Origin: the human T2T-CHM13v2.0 reference genome, Homo sapiens
Strand: one strand, 5' to 3'
Assembly (NCBI RefSeq): GCF_009914755.1
Contig: NC_060938.1
Length of the DNA stretch: 64,000 bases
Every line of letters starts with the position of its first letter. Positions within the stretch are counted from its first letter, which is position 1. The notes beneath the pieces were generated by a model, which saw only the letters and a list, made by a program, of their open reading frames with translations, was not told where the DNA came from and made no database searches. Position numbers and translations under genes: made by a program. This document shows positions 29,616-49,447 of the stretch, piece after piece.

Positions 29616-30510
29616 ACAATGAGAACACACGGACACAGGAAGGGGAACATCACGCTCTGGGGACAGTTGTGGGGTGGGGGGAGGGGGAGGGATAGCATTA
29701 GGAGATATACCTAATGCTAAATGACGAGTTAATTGGTGCAGCACACCAGCATGGCACATGTATACATATGTAACTAACCTGCACATTGTGCACATGTAGC
29801 CTAAAACTTAAAGTATAATAATAAAAAAAAAAAAAAAAAGAAAGTGAGCTCACAAGTCAGATCCTATGCCAAAAGGGATCCCCTCAGGCACAACTTCTCA
29901 GGGGTGGAAGAAAAAGACATTGGGAAGACCCTGGCAACTATCTAACCAAAGATCCCAAAAACCCACAGTGCCATTGCAGACATCCACGGCATTGCCTACA
30001 AAGGATCCCTGCAATCTTTATCAATGCCAACCTTACCTGGCAGAGCTACACAGATACTAAACATCTGGCACACTCACTGGTGCCAGATGTTTTCCAGGTT
30101 TTCCAGAGTGAAACTAGCTGGCAAAACCTGCAAGAGTTAACTGCTCTACCAAACGCCAGACATCAACACAAGGCAACAAAAAACACAAAACCAAGGAGAT
30201 GTAACACCACCAAAAGAACACAGTAATCTTCTAGTAGCTGCCAAAAGAAAGGCAGATATACAAACTACCTGACAAAAAATTCAAAATAATTGTTTTAAGA
30301 TAGTGCAACAAACTTCAAGAAAACATAAACAATTCTATAAAATTAGAAAAACTATAAATGACAAAAGGAGAATTTAACAGAAAGATTGAAATTATAAAAA
30401 CAAAAAATCAAACAGAAATTTTGGAGATGAAAATATGATGAATGAAATTTAAAAATGCAATAGAGAGCATTGACAGTAGAATTGATCAAGCAAAAGAAAA
30501 AAAAACTGTG

Positions 30511-31866
<1,356 letters not shown>

Positions 31867-33601
31867 GTCTATGTTTAGATATGTTTAGACTATGAACAAA
31901 TAGAAAATTTGAACAGACCGACAACTAATAATGAAATTGAATCATTAATAAAAAGTTTCCCATCAAAGAAAAGCTGAGGACCTGATAATTTCATCACTGA
32001 ATTTTATCAATAGTTTTAATCTTCAAACTCTTTCAAAAAAATAAAGAAAAGGGAATACTTACAAATTTATTTTAGAAGTCCAGCATTACCCTGATGCCAA
32101 AGCGAAACAAGGACACTACAAGGAAATAAAATTACGGGTCAATATTCCTGATAAAAATAGATGCAAAAATCCTCAACAAAGTACTAGCAAATTAAATTCA
32201 ACAGCACATTAAAAGGATCATTAACCATGATCAAGTGGGATGCATCCCAGGGATGCAAATATGATTCCACATATGGAAATTAATAAATGTGATACACCAC
32301 ATTAACAGAATGAAGCATAAAACCCATATGATTATCTCAGTAAGTTCAGATAAGGTGTATTACAAAATTCAACATGCTTTTATTTTTAAAAACTCTCAAG
32401 AAATTAGGTACAGAAGGAATGTACCTCAACACAATAAAGACCATTATAATCACTGGTGCAAAATTAAATATTTCCTCTAGTATTAGAAGCAAGTCAAGGA
32501 TGCCCACTCTCACACTTACAACACAGTACTAGAAATCCCAGCCAGAGCAATTAGGCAAGAGAAAGAAATAAAAAGCATCTAAATCAGAAAGGAAATAGTT
32601 AAATTGTCTCTGCAGATGATATAAGCATACACATAAAAATCCCAAATTATTTTACCAAAAAGCTGTTAGAACTAATATAAAAATTCAGTAAAATTTCAGG
32701 ATACAAAGTCAACACACAAATATGAGTAGTCTTCCTATACACTAACAAACTATCTGAAAAAAAGTCAAGAAAACAATTCCACTTACAATAGATATAAAAA
32801 TAAATAAAATACTAAGAAATATATTTAACCAAAGAGGTAAAAGGTCTCTGTACTGAAAACTACATTGATGAAAGAAATGAAAGAAGACACAAATAAATGG
32901 AAAGATATCTCATGTTCATAGATTGAAAAAAAAACCTTTAAATGCCCATATAAACCAAAGCAATCAACAGATTAAATGCAATCTTTATCAGAGTTTCAAT
33001 CACATTTCAATAACAGAAATTTCTTTTAAAAAAATATTAAAATTTTGAAGGAACTGCAAAAGACCCTGAATACAAAAAGTAATCCAGAGAAAAAAGAACA
33101 AGGCCAGAGGCATTATACTACCTCGTGAGAAAATCTAATACAAAACTATAGTAATTAAAACAGTATGGTACTGACATAAAAACAGACACATAAACCAATA
33201 GAGCAGAACAGAGAGCCCATAAATACATCTTTCATTTACAGTCATATGATTTGCAACAAAAGTGCCAAGAACACACAATTGGAAAGGAGAATTTCTTTAA
33301 AAAATGGTACTGGGACAACTAGATATCCAAATATATAAAAATGAAATTAGATCTTTATTTTTTACCATATGCAAAAATCAACTCAGAATGAATTAAAGAC
33401 TTAAATGTAAGAACTGAAACTCTAAAAGTAGCAAAAGAAAACACAAAAAGCTCCATGACATTGGTCTGGGCAAAAATGTTTTTAAAACAACCTCAAAATC
33501 ACAGGCAACAAAAGCAAACATAGACATATGAAATTACATCAAACTAAAAAGCTTTGGTCCAGCAAAGGAAACAATGAACAGAGTGAAGAGACAGCCTATA
33601 G

Positions 33602-33928
33602 TAGGGGTCTTCTGGGCCGTGGGTTGCTATTGGTCCATGGCCTGTTATGAACAAGGCCACAGAGCAGGAGGCCAGTGGCAAGCCAGTAAGCATTACCACC
33701 TGAGCTCCCCCTCCTGTCAGATCAGTGACAGCATTAGATCCTCACAGGAGCACAAACCCTATTGTGAACTGCACACGTGAAGAATCTAGGTTGCTCCTCA
33801 TGAGACTCTAATGCCTGATGATCTGAAGTGGAACAGTTTCATCCCAAAACAATTTTCCCTCCCCCAGACCATGGAAAAATTGTCTTCCATGAAAGTTGTC
33901 CCTGGTGCTGAAAGGTTGAGGACTGATG
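33602..33928. mobile_element. MER1B hAT-Charlie element
   Basis: ggtccatggcctgtta...cctcctgtcagatcag...aaccctattgtgaactgc...tggaaaaattgtcttcca. 8-bp TSD gcctatag/acttatag. Confidence 0.85.
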
Positions 33929-34114
33929 ACTTATAGACTGAGAGACTATATTTGAAAATCATACATCTAATGAGAGGCTAATATTCAAAATACGTAAGAA
34001 ACTCAAACTCAGTAGTAAGAAAACAATCTGATTAAAATCTGGGTGAAGGACTTGAATAGATGTTTCTCAAAAGAATACATATAAATAAACAACAGGTAAT
34101 AAAGAAAAATGTTC

Positions 34115-34483
<369 letters not shown>

Positions 34484-34839
34484 TCAGTGAAACAGAAATT
34501 AAAACCACAATATTGCTTTATACCTGTTAGAAGGGGTATTACTAAAAAGACAAAAGATAACAAGTGTTAATGAGGATGTGGAGAAAAAAGAATCCCTGTA
34601 TACTGTTAGTGGAAATATGAATTGCTACAGCCATTATGGAAAATAGTATGGAGGTTTCTCAAAAAATTACAAGTAAAATGTATGATTCAGCAATCTCACT
34701 ACTGGGTATGTATCTAAAAAATATGAAATTAGTATGCCAAAGAGATATCTACACTCCCATGTTCATTGCAGCATTAGTCACAATAGCCAAGATATGAAAT
34801 CAACTTAAGCATCCTGAAACAGATCAAAGTGCTAAAAAA

Positions 34840-34842
<3 letters not shown>

Positions 34843-34892
<50 letters not shown>
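34843..34892 (+). repeat. (TA)n(CA)n compound microsatellite
   Basis: Read directly from the sequence. Confidence 0.95.
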
Positions 34893-34893
<1 letters not shown>

Positions 34894-35967
34894 AAAAAGG
34901 AATACTATCCTGCCTTTTAAAAAGGAGATAACCAGATCAGTTTCAAGATGGCTGAATAGGAACAGCTCCAGTCTGCAGCTCCCAGCGTGATCGATGCAGA
35001 AGATGGGTGATTTCTGCATTTCCAACTGAGGTACCTGGTTCATTTCACTGGGACTGGTTGGACAGTGGGTGCAGCCCACGGAGGGCAAGCCGAAGCAGGG
35101 TGGGTTGTCACCTCACCCGGGAAGCTCAAGGGGTCAGGGGATTTCCCTTTCCTAGCCAAGGGAAGCTGTCACAGACTGTATCTGGAAAAACGGGACACTC
35201 TCACCCAAATACTGCACTTTTCCCATGGTCTCAGAAACCGGCATACCAGGAGATTCTCTCCCTTGCCTAGCTCAGCAGTTCCCATGCCCATGGAGCCTTG
35301 CTCACTGCTAGTGAAGCAGTCTGAGATCCACCTGCAAGGCAGCAGCCTGGGAGGGGAGGGGTGCCCACCATTGCTGAGGCTTGATTAAGTAAACAAAGCA
35401 GCTGGGAAGCTTAAACTGGGCAGAGCCCACCACAGCTCAGCAAGGCCTAGTGCCTCTATAGACTCCACCTCTGTAGGCAGCGCATAGCTGAAAAAAGCCA
35501 GCAGAAACTTCTGCAGACTTAAACATCCCTGTCTGACAGCTCTGAAGAGAGCAGTGGTTCTCCAGCATGGCGTTTGAGCTCTGAGAGCAGATAGACTGCC
35601 TCTTCAAGTGGGTCCCTGAGGCCCATGTAGCCTAACTGGGAGACACCTCCCAGTAGGGGCCGACAGACTCCTCATACAGGCAGATGCCCCTCTGGGATGA
35701 AGCTTCCAGAGAAAGAATCAGGCAGAAATACTTGCTGCTCTGCAATGTTTGCTGTTCTGCAGCCTCCACTGGTGATACCCAGGCAAACAGGGTCTGGAGT
35801 GGACCTCCAGCAAACTCCATCAGACCTGGAGCTGAGGGACCAGGCTGTTAGAAGGAAAACTAACAAACAGAAAGGAATAGCATCAACATCAACAAAAAGG
35901 ACATTCACACCAAAACCCCATCTGAGGTCACCAACATCAAAGACCAAAGGTAGGTAAAGCCACAAAG

Positions 35968-36992
35968 GTGGCGAGAAACCAGAGCAGAAAGCCTGAAAAT
36001 TCTAAAATCCAGAGTGCCTCTTCTCCTCCAAAGGATGGCAGCTCCTCACCAGCTATGGAACAAAGCTGGACAGAGAAGGACTTTGATGAATTGACAGAAG
36101 TAGGCTTCAGAAGGTTGGTAATAACAAACTTCTCTGAGCTAAAGGAACATGTTCTAACCCAACACAAGGAGGCGAAAAACCTTGAAAAACAGTTAGATTA
36201 ATGGCTAACTAGAATAAACAGTGTGGAGAAGATGTTAAATGACCTGATGGAGCTGAAAACCATGGCACAAGAACTTTGTGACACATGCACAAGTTTCAGT
36301 AGCAGATTTGATCAAGTGGAAGAAAGGATATCAGTGATTGAATATCAAATTAATGAAATAAAGCAAGAGGAGGAGTTTAGAGAAAAAAGAGTAAAGAGAG
36401 ACAAACAAAGCCTCCAAGAAATATGGGACAATGTGAAAAGACCAAATCTATGTTTGATTGGTATACCTGAAAGTGATGGGGAGAATGGAACCAAGTTGGA
36501 AAACACTTTTCAGGATATTATCCAGGAGAACTTCCCCAACCTAGCAAGGCAGGCCAACATTCAAATTCAGGAAATACAGAAAATACCACAAAGATACTCC
36601 TTGAGAAGAGCAACCCCAAGACACATAATTGTCAGATTCACTAAGGTTGAAATGAAGGAAAAAATGTTAAAAGCAGCCAGAGAGAAAGGTCAGGTTACCC
36701 ACAAAGGGAATCCCATCAGACTAACAGTGGATCTCTCAGCAGAAACCTTAGAAGCCAGAAGAGAGTGGGGACCAATATTCAACATTCTTAAAGAAAAGAA
36801 TTTTCCACCCGGAATCTCATATCCAGCCAAACTAAGCTTCATAAGCAAAGGAGAAATAAAATACTTTACAGACAAGCAAATACTGAGAGATTTTGTCACC
36901 ACCAGGCCTGCCTTACAAGACCTCCTGAAGGAAGCACTAAACACGGAAAGTAACAACTGGTACCAGCCACTGCAAAGCATGCCAAATTGTAA
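35968..36992 (+). pseudogene. Disrupted LINE-1 ORF1p (L1PA6)
   Basis: Start codon mutated to GTG, stop at 36199-36201, then a 259-aa ORF1-like stretch. Confidence 0.9.
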
Positions 36993-37055
36993 AGACTTTT
37001 GATGCTATGAAGAAACTGCATTGATTAACGGGCAAAATAACCAGCTAACATCATA

Positions 37056-40905
<3,850 letters not shown>

Positions 40906-42090
40906 ACAACGAGAACACTTGGACATAGGGCAGGGAACATCACACACCAGGGCCTGTCAGGGGGTGGGGGTTTGGGGGAGGGATAGCATTAGGAGAAATA
41001 CCTAATGTAAATGATGAGTTGATGGGTGCAGCAAACCAACATGGCATATGTATACCCATGCAACAAGACTACACATTGTGCACATGTATCCTAGAACTTA
41101 AAGTATAATAATAATAATAAAAATCCTCTAGTGAAAAAAAAAAAAGGAGAAAATCTTGTCATTTGCAGCAAAATGGATGAATCTGGAGGACATGGTTAAG
41201 TGAAATAAGCCAGGTACAGAAAGACAAATACTACATGATCTCATATGAAAAGTATTTTAAAAATCAAACTTACAGAAAGTTTGATTTTCAAATCAAATTT
41301 TATGAAAATTTTATATCAAATTTTATATTGGTATGAAATGGTGCTTATCAGTGGCTGGGGAGCAGAAAGCTTGGGGAAATGTTGGTCAAAGGCCATTAAA
41401 TTTTAGTTAGGAAGAATAACTTTAAGAGATCTATTATATATTATAGTGACTATAGTTAATAACAATGAATCATATACTTGAACATTGCTAAGACAATGGA
41501 TTTTGTGGGTTCTCACCGCAAAAAAATGATAAGTAATGATCTGAGGTAATGCATATGTTAAGTAACTTGATTTGGCCATTTCACAATGTATACATACATC
41601 AAACATTGTGTTGTACACCATAAATATATATTTTTACTTAATTTTTTAAAAGGCCAAAGATATCTACAAATTATGTTGGAGGAAAAGACCAAGAAAGGAA
41701 TAGTCCCAGCAATGATGGTCTGACAAAAGTCAGGGATAATAAACAGAACTTCCTAGAATAATATTTTACCTTATACTCACTGTGAAAAGGCTTGTTAGGA
41801 TAAGAGATGTAAGAAAGAACTAGTTTCACTGACTGAATTTAAATCTCCTAACCAAAATGAGTGATTTTCCTGACTACAAAGAGTCTTATTTACGAGAGTA
41901 CTAAACCCTTTATTAAAAGGAAGGTGCAAGAGGATAGGATATGACCGTGTGGTCCTGTGAATGATCGCCTGGTTAGATTTCTGGCAATTTGGTGCAATCT
42001 ATTCACTTATAAGGGGTTTATGAGCACTTTGATAACAATGATTATTATTTCATTTTTAAGCTTGAGTTTACAATGCAGAAGTCTTACTAG

Positions 42091-42430
<340 letters not shown>

Positions 42431-42689
42431 CATTTTTGGATAATTTCTATCCTGGTGGATAGCCCTGTGTGAAAATAATGTTTCTGAATTTTATCACTGC
42501 ATTTGACAAGGTGTCTTTCATAAAATGGTTGTGAACTAGATGGAAAGATATACTTGGACAACAACAATCAGGTGCCTTAGTTATGTTTAATAAGTATACG
42601 CTTTGAGTGATAATACATTGATATGTAGAAGAAGGTCTCATTTTTTGTTTTGTTAAATGTTATATAACTAATTATTACATGAATACAAT

Positions 42690-42840
42690 TAGTTAACAGC
42701 TACTATTACAGTTTTTACACTGTACCAGATTCCAGGATATGTGTACTTTCTCGTTTGATCTTCTCAAAACTCTGTAAGGTAGATACTAATATTACCTTCA
42801 TTTCACATAAAAGGAAGCTGAGAGTTAGAGATTTCCACTG
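42690..42840 (-). mobile_element. MIR fragment
   Basis: ctcgtttgatcttctcaaaactctgtaaggtagatactaatattacc...aggaagctgag. Confidence 0.6.
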
Positions 42841-44356
42841 CCAGCTGACTAGCAAAATAGCAGTGATGGCTCACTCACACTGCTATTTTATTCAATCCTA
42901 GAGAAATCTTAGAAATAAAAAGAAAATGTGGATCACAGCAACTGACAGTAACAAAAGCAATATCAAAAATCTATAGGAAACCCTGGGCTATTTTTGGCTG
43001 GCAAATTCAGCCAAAGTAAGAAAAGGAGGCCCAGATGTTTTCAGACAAGAACAAGTAAGAAAATGAAGACGTGGATATTTCACACTGTTTGCCTGTGGTA
43101 TCTTAAGACAATTATTGGCTGCTGCTTTAATGGGAGGGGCCTACAGCAGTGAACCAGAACCCCAGTGCAGGTTTCTGAGGGGTTAATAGGGTAGTTGCAA
43201 AACTCCACTAGGGTAAGAAGTTGATGAGAAGAGACATGGTTAACCTCTTCTCCTCAGGCCTTTATTGTCCACGCCTTCAGATCAAAACCTTCAATGTTGG
43301 TGTTATACTATGAGGAAACTGTCTCTGACGGCTTTTTCAAGGTTTAGAAGATGAAGTTATAACCAGAAGAATTGCATGGTAGAGCGGCAGCAAACGGGAG
43401 TGGTAAAAAAGGGATCTCTGGCACCTGCAATTTCTCAGTCCACAGATTCACCTCTTCCCATTAAAATCACTAAGCTCTAACACAGATGAGAGCTTCTTTT
43501 TTTTCTAGGTTTTTCTGCAAATCACATTACCATTCAGAGGAGCTGATGCCCTCAAGTAATATAAACTCGGAGACTATAATAACCAGATATTAGAGTAGCA
43601 CAACCACCTCAGAAGGCACACGAGGACTTGAATTTTTCATATGCTTTCTCAGGTAAAAGTACTAGAGAAAAGATGGACCGAGATTTTAAAGTAGTTCAGG
43701 AGATAAGAAAAAATATAATCATTATGAAACAAGAAGAAAAAAAATCTTTAAAAAAAACCCACTGGGAATATTAAGTTAAAAAAATATGATAGTTTGACTT
43801 CTCTGGGCATAATGGAGTAAATGGAGCCAAATTTGATCTTCGATGGTGAAAAATTAGAAAACTGAAATAGATGTTACACACACAAACACACACAAAATTT
43901 TACTATATTTAAATATTTAACAACAAGCAGTAAAGAACCAGGATGTGTGGGAGAAGGGAAATAAATGAGATAAGCCCCATGACTTACCAAGATTTCCACC
44001 TTAAGGCATTTTTCAAACTATGGCAGGAAGGGTATAACCAAGCTGAGGTGAAGAGCAGAGATCGGAAGTGGAAGCAGATGGAATTTGTGGGCAAATGGCC
44101 AGGAATGAAGACTAGCTCCTGTTAGATGCATAGGAGTCTGTTTAAGTCTGGCTGAATACGAAGTTGAGCATTTATAAGATAAAACTTCATGAATCCTGGT
44201 AAAGAATCACCATAAGTGAAACAATTCTCAAAGCTCATATAGAACGCCATGGTAGTCAAGGTCTGACCTGCTAAAACAGAGAAACCTTAATGAAGCTGCA
44301 GCATATTTAGTATAGATCCCATGATGACCGTGCTTTATTTGTAGATTTAAACTAGA

Positions 44357-44910
44357 CGTGGGTCCTCAAAGTGTGGCCTGTAGAACCCTAGGGGGCCCCT
44401 GAGATCATTTCAAAGGGTCCATAGTGTCAGAATTCTTTTCATAATAAGAAGGTATTTGTTACCTTTTTCATTACATTGATATATATACTAAAGGTGCAAA
44501 AGCAATTGTGGGTAAAACTACTGATGACTTAGTATGAATCAAGGAAGTAGCATAATAATGTATTAGTTGGTCATTGTATTCTTCATCTCAATGTACTTGT
44601 GGTTTAAAAAATAAATTTCAATTATGAATATTCTTGAAGCTGTAAAAGTGATTAATTTTTTAAAATCTTAACTCTTGTTTACATATATTTTTCTTATTCT
44701 AGGTGACAAAATAGGGGATACATAAAAAGCATTTCTACTGCTTACTGAAGGATGGTGATGACTGCAAGGAAAAGCACTTTTATAATTTTCTGAGTTACCA
44801 GATGAACAAGCCACTTACACAAGTAGTGGTTTCTTAAAGGTTAGTTGCAAAGTAGAATCTGAAACCATAGCAATGAACTTCTGTACTTTAAAAATATTAG
44901 GGCACTTTCT
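44357..44910. mobile_element. Charlie1-family hAT fragment
   Basis: ctcaaagtgtgg...gggggcccctgaga...ggtgcaaaagcaattgtgggtaaaact...gaatcaagg...gtcattgtattcttca. Confidence 0.75.
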
Positions 44911-44941
44911 CAAGCTGTGAAGACAAAAAACCTATAACCAA

Positions 44942-45737
44942 TGTGATGGCTAAATTTATGTGTCAACTTGACTGGGCTAAAGGATTCCCATATACAGCTG
45001 TTAAACCTTATTCTGAGTGTGTCTGAGGGTGTTTCTGTAAGAGATTAGCATTTGAATTGGTAGACTGACGAAAGAAGATCACTGTCACCAATGTGGGTAG
45101 GCTTCATTCAATTTGTTAAGGCCCAAATACAACAAGAAGGTGGAGAAAGGGGTAAATTTGTTCTCTTTGCTTGAGCTGACACATTCGTCGTCTTCTGTTC
45201 TCAGACACTGGCCCTCCTGGTTCTTGAGGTTTTGAACTCACACTGAGACATACACCATCAACCTCCTAATTCTCAAGCCTTTAGACTCAAACTGAATTAC
45301 ACCACCAGCTTTCCTGATTCTCTAGCTTGCAATTGGCAAATTCTGGGACTTCTTGACCTCCATAATCACATGAGTCAATTCCTATAATAAATTTCCTCTT
45401 ATATAAACAGTTCTCCCTCAGTATACATGGGAGATTGGTTGTAGAATCCCACCACAAATACTAAAATTTGTGAATCATCAAGTTACTTATATAAAACTGG
45501 GATAGTATTTGCCTATGATCTACACACAGCCTCTCATACGTTTTAAATTATCTCCAGATTACTTATAACTATGTCATTTTAAATTCATATTCTTTTTATT
45601 ACTGGATTGCTATTTTTTAATATTTTTGATACACAGCTGATTTAATCTGTGGATGTGGAACCTACAAATATGAAGGGCTAACTGTATCTATATATCTCCT
45701 ATTGGTTCTATTTCTCTGGAAAACCCTGACTAATACA
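44942..45737 (+). mobile_element. MLT2B (ERVL) solo LTR, split by MER2
   Basis: tgtgatggctaaatttatgtgtcaacttgactggg ... tctctggaaaaccctgactaataca. Confidence 0.85.
45408..45684. mobile_element. MER2 (TcMar-Tigger)
   Basis: cagttctccctcagtat ... gaagggctaactg followed by TA. Inserted in the TA tract of MLT2B. Confidence 0.8.
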
Positions 45738-46410
45738 GGCAACTGAATAAGACTAATTTTTTTTTCCTCTTGATGTCAGGAACAAGGCAAGGATGCCCAC
45801 TTTCATCATTTCTTTTCAACATTATGCTGGAGTGCCTAGCTATTACAATAAGGTAAAAAATAAAAAATGAAAGTCATAAATATCACAAAGAAATTATTTC
45901 TATTTATAATATTATTATTTACATTGGAAGCCACAAGAAATGTCCAAAATAACTACTAGAACTCATAAGTAAATCTAGCAATGTCACAGGATGCAAATTG
46001 AATATACAAAACTCAATTACATATTTTTAAAAATTGAATATAAAATATTTTAAAATTATATTTTTATAGTACCATAAAACACATTTAGGAATAAGTCCAA
46101 CAAAGGCACTCAAGATGTTTACACTGAAAACCATGCACATTGCTGAGGAAAATTAAGGACCTAGATAAATAGAGAGGTATGTCATCTTCCTGAATTACAA
46201 GATTCAATATTGTTAAGATATCAATTTTCCCCAAAATAACCTATGGATTCAATGCATTCCTAGCAAAATTCCAACAAGCATTTTATAGAAACTGCCAAAC
46301 TTATTCTAAGCATTATGTGGAAATTTAAAGAACCTAGAATAACTAAAGTTGTTTTTAAAAAGAGCACAGTTGAAGGATTTACATTATCTAATTGCAAGAC
46401 TTAACACATA

Positions 46411-46751
46411 TAGTCGGCCCTTTGTTTCTGTTGGTTCAGCATCTGTGGATTCAACCAATCATGGGTCAAAAATATTGGAAAAAAATTTGGATGATTGCAT
46501 CTGAACTGAACAGATACAGCCTTTTTTCTAATCACTATTACCTAAACAATATAGTCAACAATTATTAACATAGCATTTACATTGTGTTAGGAATTATAAG
46601 TAACCTAGAGATGATTTGAAGTATATGGGAGGATGTGCATAGGTTATAAGCAAATACTACAGCATTCTATAACAAGAGCTTGAGCACTGAGGATTTTGGT
46701 ATCTTTGGAAGGTACTGGAACCAATCTCCCATGGATACTTAGGGAAAACTG
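46411..46751. mobile_element. MER2 (TcMar-Tigger), opposite orientation to the 45.4-kb copy
   Basis: TA-flanked tagtcggccct...gcatctgtggattcaaccaa...ggaaccaatctcccatggatac...actg. Confidence 0.85.
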
Positions 46752-47003
46752 TAATTGGTAATCAAGACAGTTCAGTACTGGCAAAAGAGAGAGAAAAAAT
46801 TCTAGATAAATGAAATAGAATAGAGAATCAAAAATGGAGCCCCCACAAGTATGAGCAATTGAGTTTCAACAAAGGTCTTCGGATAATTAAATGAGAAAAG
46901 GAAATTGCTTTTCAACAAACCATGGTAAATCAACTAAATATTTAAAATGATAAAAATGAATATTGACCCTTACCTTATACCATGAACAAATTTAACTTGA
47001 AAT

Positions 47004-47433
47004 TGATAAAAGAAAAACTTCAGCCGAATTAAATTTAAAAGAGTTTAATTAAGCAATGAACAATTCATGAATCGGGCAGCCCCCAGAATCACAGCAGATT
47101 CAGAGACTCCAGGGGTGCCTTGTGGTCAGAACAAATTTATAGACAGAAAAGGTAAAGTGACATACAGGAATCAGAAGTGAGGTACAGAAACAGTGAGATT
47201 GGTTACAGCTCGGCGTTTGCCTTATTTGAACACAATTTGAACATTCAACTGTCTATGAGTGGTTGAAGTATGGCCACTGGGATTGGCCAACACTCAGCCA
47301 TTGTTACAGGTGCATACTATTAAGTTAGGTTTTCAATTTTGTCTGACTATTAGGCTAGGCTACAGTTCATCCACAAGAACTCAAATATAGAAGTATGGAG
47401 TTCTTCTCAGGCCACAATGAGTTTGCTTTAACA
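47004..47433 (-). mobile_element. MER57-family (ERV1) solo LTR
   Basis: Minus strand starts TGTTAAAGCAAAC...GGCCTGAGAAG. TG/CA ends, 4-bp TSD aaat (47000-47003, 47434-47437), CCAAT boxes. Confidence 0.8.
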
Positions 47434-48786
47434 AAATCAATTATAGCTCTAACTTTAAAATCTATAACTATAAAACTTCTAGAAGAAAACATTGAAAAAG
47501 ATCTTTGCAACTTTACAGTATGTAAAGTTTCCTTAGACAGAAGAAAATAGCATAAACCATAAAATTTAAAGAATAGACTAAGCTTACTTCATCAACATTT
47601 AAAACATTTGCTCTTCTAAAAGCACCATCAAGATAGTATGCCATAGAATGGGAGCAAATATTTGCAACACAAATATCAAACAAAAGACTCATATCAATAA
47701 CATATAAAGAATTCTTACAATTCAAAAATTAATTATACAATCTGATAAAAATACAGGCAAAAGATTTGAACAGATACTTTATGAAATAAGATAATCAAAT
47801 GGCAAAATTTCACATGAAAGATACTTAACATCATTAGTAGTCAGAGGAACACAAACTGAAAACAAAATGGGATATAATTATGTGCTCGTTAGATTGCTTA
47901 AAATTGAAGTGACTGAATATAACAAGTGTTGACAAGGTAGTGGAGCAACTAGAACTCCTAAACACTTCTGTAGAAAATGCAAAATGGTAAAACCACTTTA
48001 GAAACCAGTTTGTTAGTTTCTTATAAAATTAAACATAATTTTAATTTGATCCACTACCATATGATGTAGGCATTCCACTCCTAAGTATTTACATAACAGA
48101 AACAAAACTTATAATCTACCCCAAGACTGGTGCACAAATGTTTATAGTAACTTTATTTTTAATAGTCCCAAATTGGAAATATCCACATGTCCATCAACAT
48201 GTTAACAAATAAACAATTTGTGCTATATCCACATGAAAGAATACTCCTTAGCAATAAAAATAAACCATTGATATACACAACATGGATAAATCTTGAAATC
48301 ATGATGCTAAGTGAAAGCATGAAAAAAAGAGAATGTGAGATATTTTATACAAAATTCTAAAATGTAAACTAATTTATGGTGATGGTAAGCCGGTCAATGG
48401 TTGCTTAGGGATAGGAGTAGTTGGAGGACAGATTACAAAGAAGTATGAAGAAACTTTTGGCAGTGGTATAAATATTTGTTTTGTTCATTATGATTTTGCA
48501 GGTGTTTGCATATATCAAAACTGATTAAATTGTATTTTTAAAATAGTTGGGTGTCTATATTATTCTTTCATTATGTATCAATAAAGCTCTACAAATTCAG
48601 AAAAATTATTTATTATCTCTTTCCACAGAAGCAGCCTAAAACAATGACAAACTCAGTTGTGATGAGAACCCCTAACAACCACTAGAGGAAATCATGGCTC
48701 CTTGGGAACAATAGTAGGTTTCAGGTCTGGAGCAGAAACTGAATGTTGAGCATAGATCATGTTATCATACCAGGGAGCAAGAAAGC

Positions 48787-49151
48787 TGCTATAGTCTGAC
48801 TGTTTGTGTTTGCTCAAAATATATGTTGAAATTATAACCCCAAAGGTAATGGCATTAAATGTTGGGTCTTTGGGAAATAATTAGGATTATATGAGGTCAT
48901 AAAGATGCAATCCTTATTAATGAGATTAGTGCCCTTATATGTCCCAAGAGAAGTTGCCTCCCCACTTCCACCATGTAAGGACCCAGCAAGAAGTTGGCAT
49001 CTACGAACCACAGAGCAGCCCCTCAACAAAGACTGAATTTGCTGTTGCCTTGAACTTGGACTTCCCAGTCTCCAGAATAGTGAGAAATCAATGTTTGTAT
49101 TTAAACTATTCAGTTTAGAGTATTTGATATAGTAGCCCGAAGAGACTAAGA
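48787..49151 (+). mobile_element. MLT1A-type (MaLR) solo LTR
   Basis: tgctatagtctga...gagattagtgcccttat...ttggacttcccagtctccagaa...tagcccgaagagactaaga. Confidence 0.8.
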
Positions 49152-49411
49152 AGCTACCAAGGAGTTCTACGGTCCTATCAAAAGGAACTGTAGGCTATGA
49201 AATCATAACTATACACTAAAGAAAAGTAAAAAGCCTCAAGCCTCCAGATCTATTACCAATCAATAGGGAATAGAGGGGACAGGCACCATAGTGATAGAAT
49301 CAGCAAAATTCAAACTATTAGAAGCAGCTGGGTTTCTTCCACACCACAACAAAAATTAAGTAGTTCATTCATTCATTCACTGAATTACAAAAAAGAGCAG
49401 CAACTATATAT

Positions 49412-49447
<36 letters not shown>

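Larger units (their letters stand above)
45765..48590 (+). mobile_element. Old L1M (MC/MD/ME-type) ORF2 3' half and 3'UTR
   Basis: ggaacaaggcaaggatgcccact, cccttaccttataccat, aatagtcccaaattggaaa...atgtccatcaaca, tatcaataaagct. Hosts MER2 and MER57. Confidence 0.8.

Noticed and set aside
35170-35371. Intact antisense ORF0 in L1PA6 splicing into the minus-strand exon candidates
   Set aside because: The ATG is present at 35371, but the frame shifts early and stops after 34 codons. The two ORF0 donor positions read AG|GC and AG|AT rather than AG|GT.
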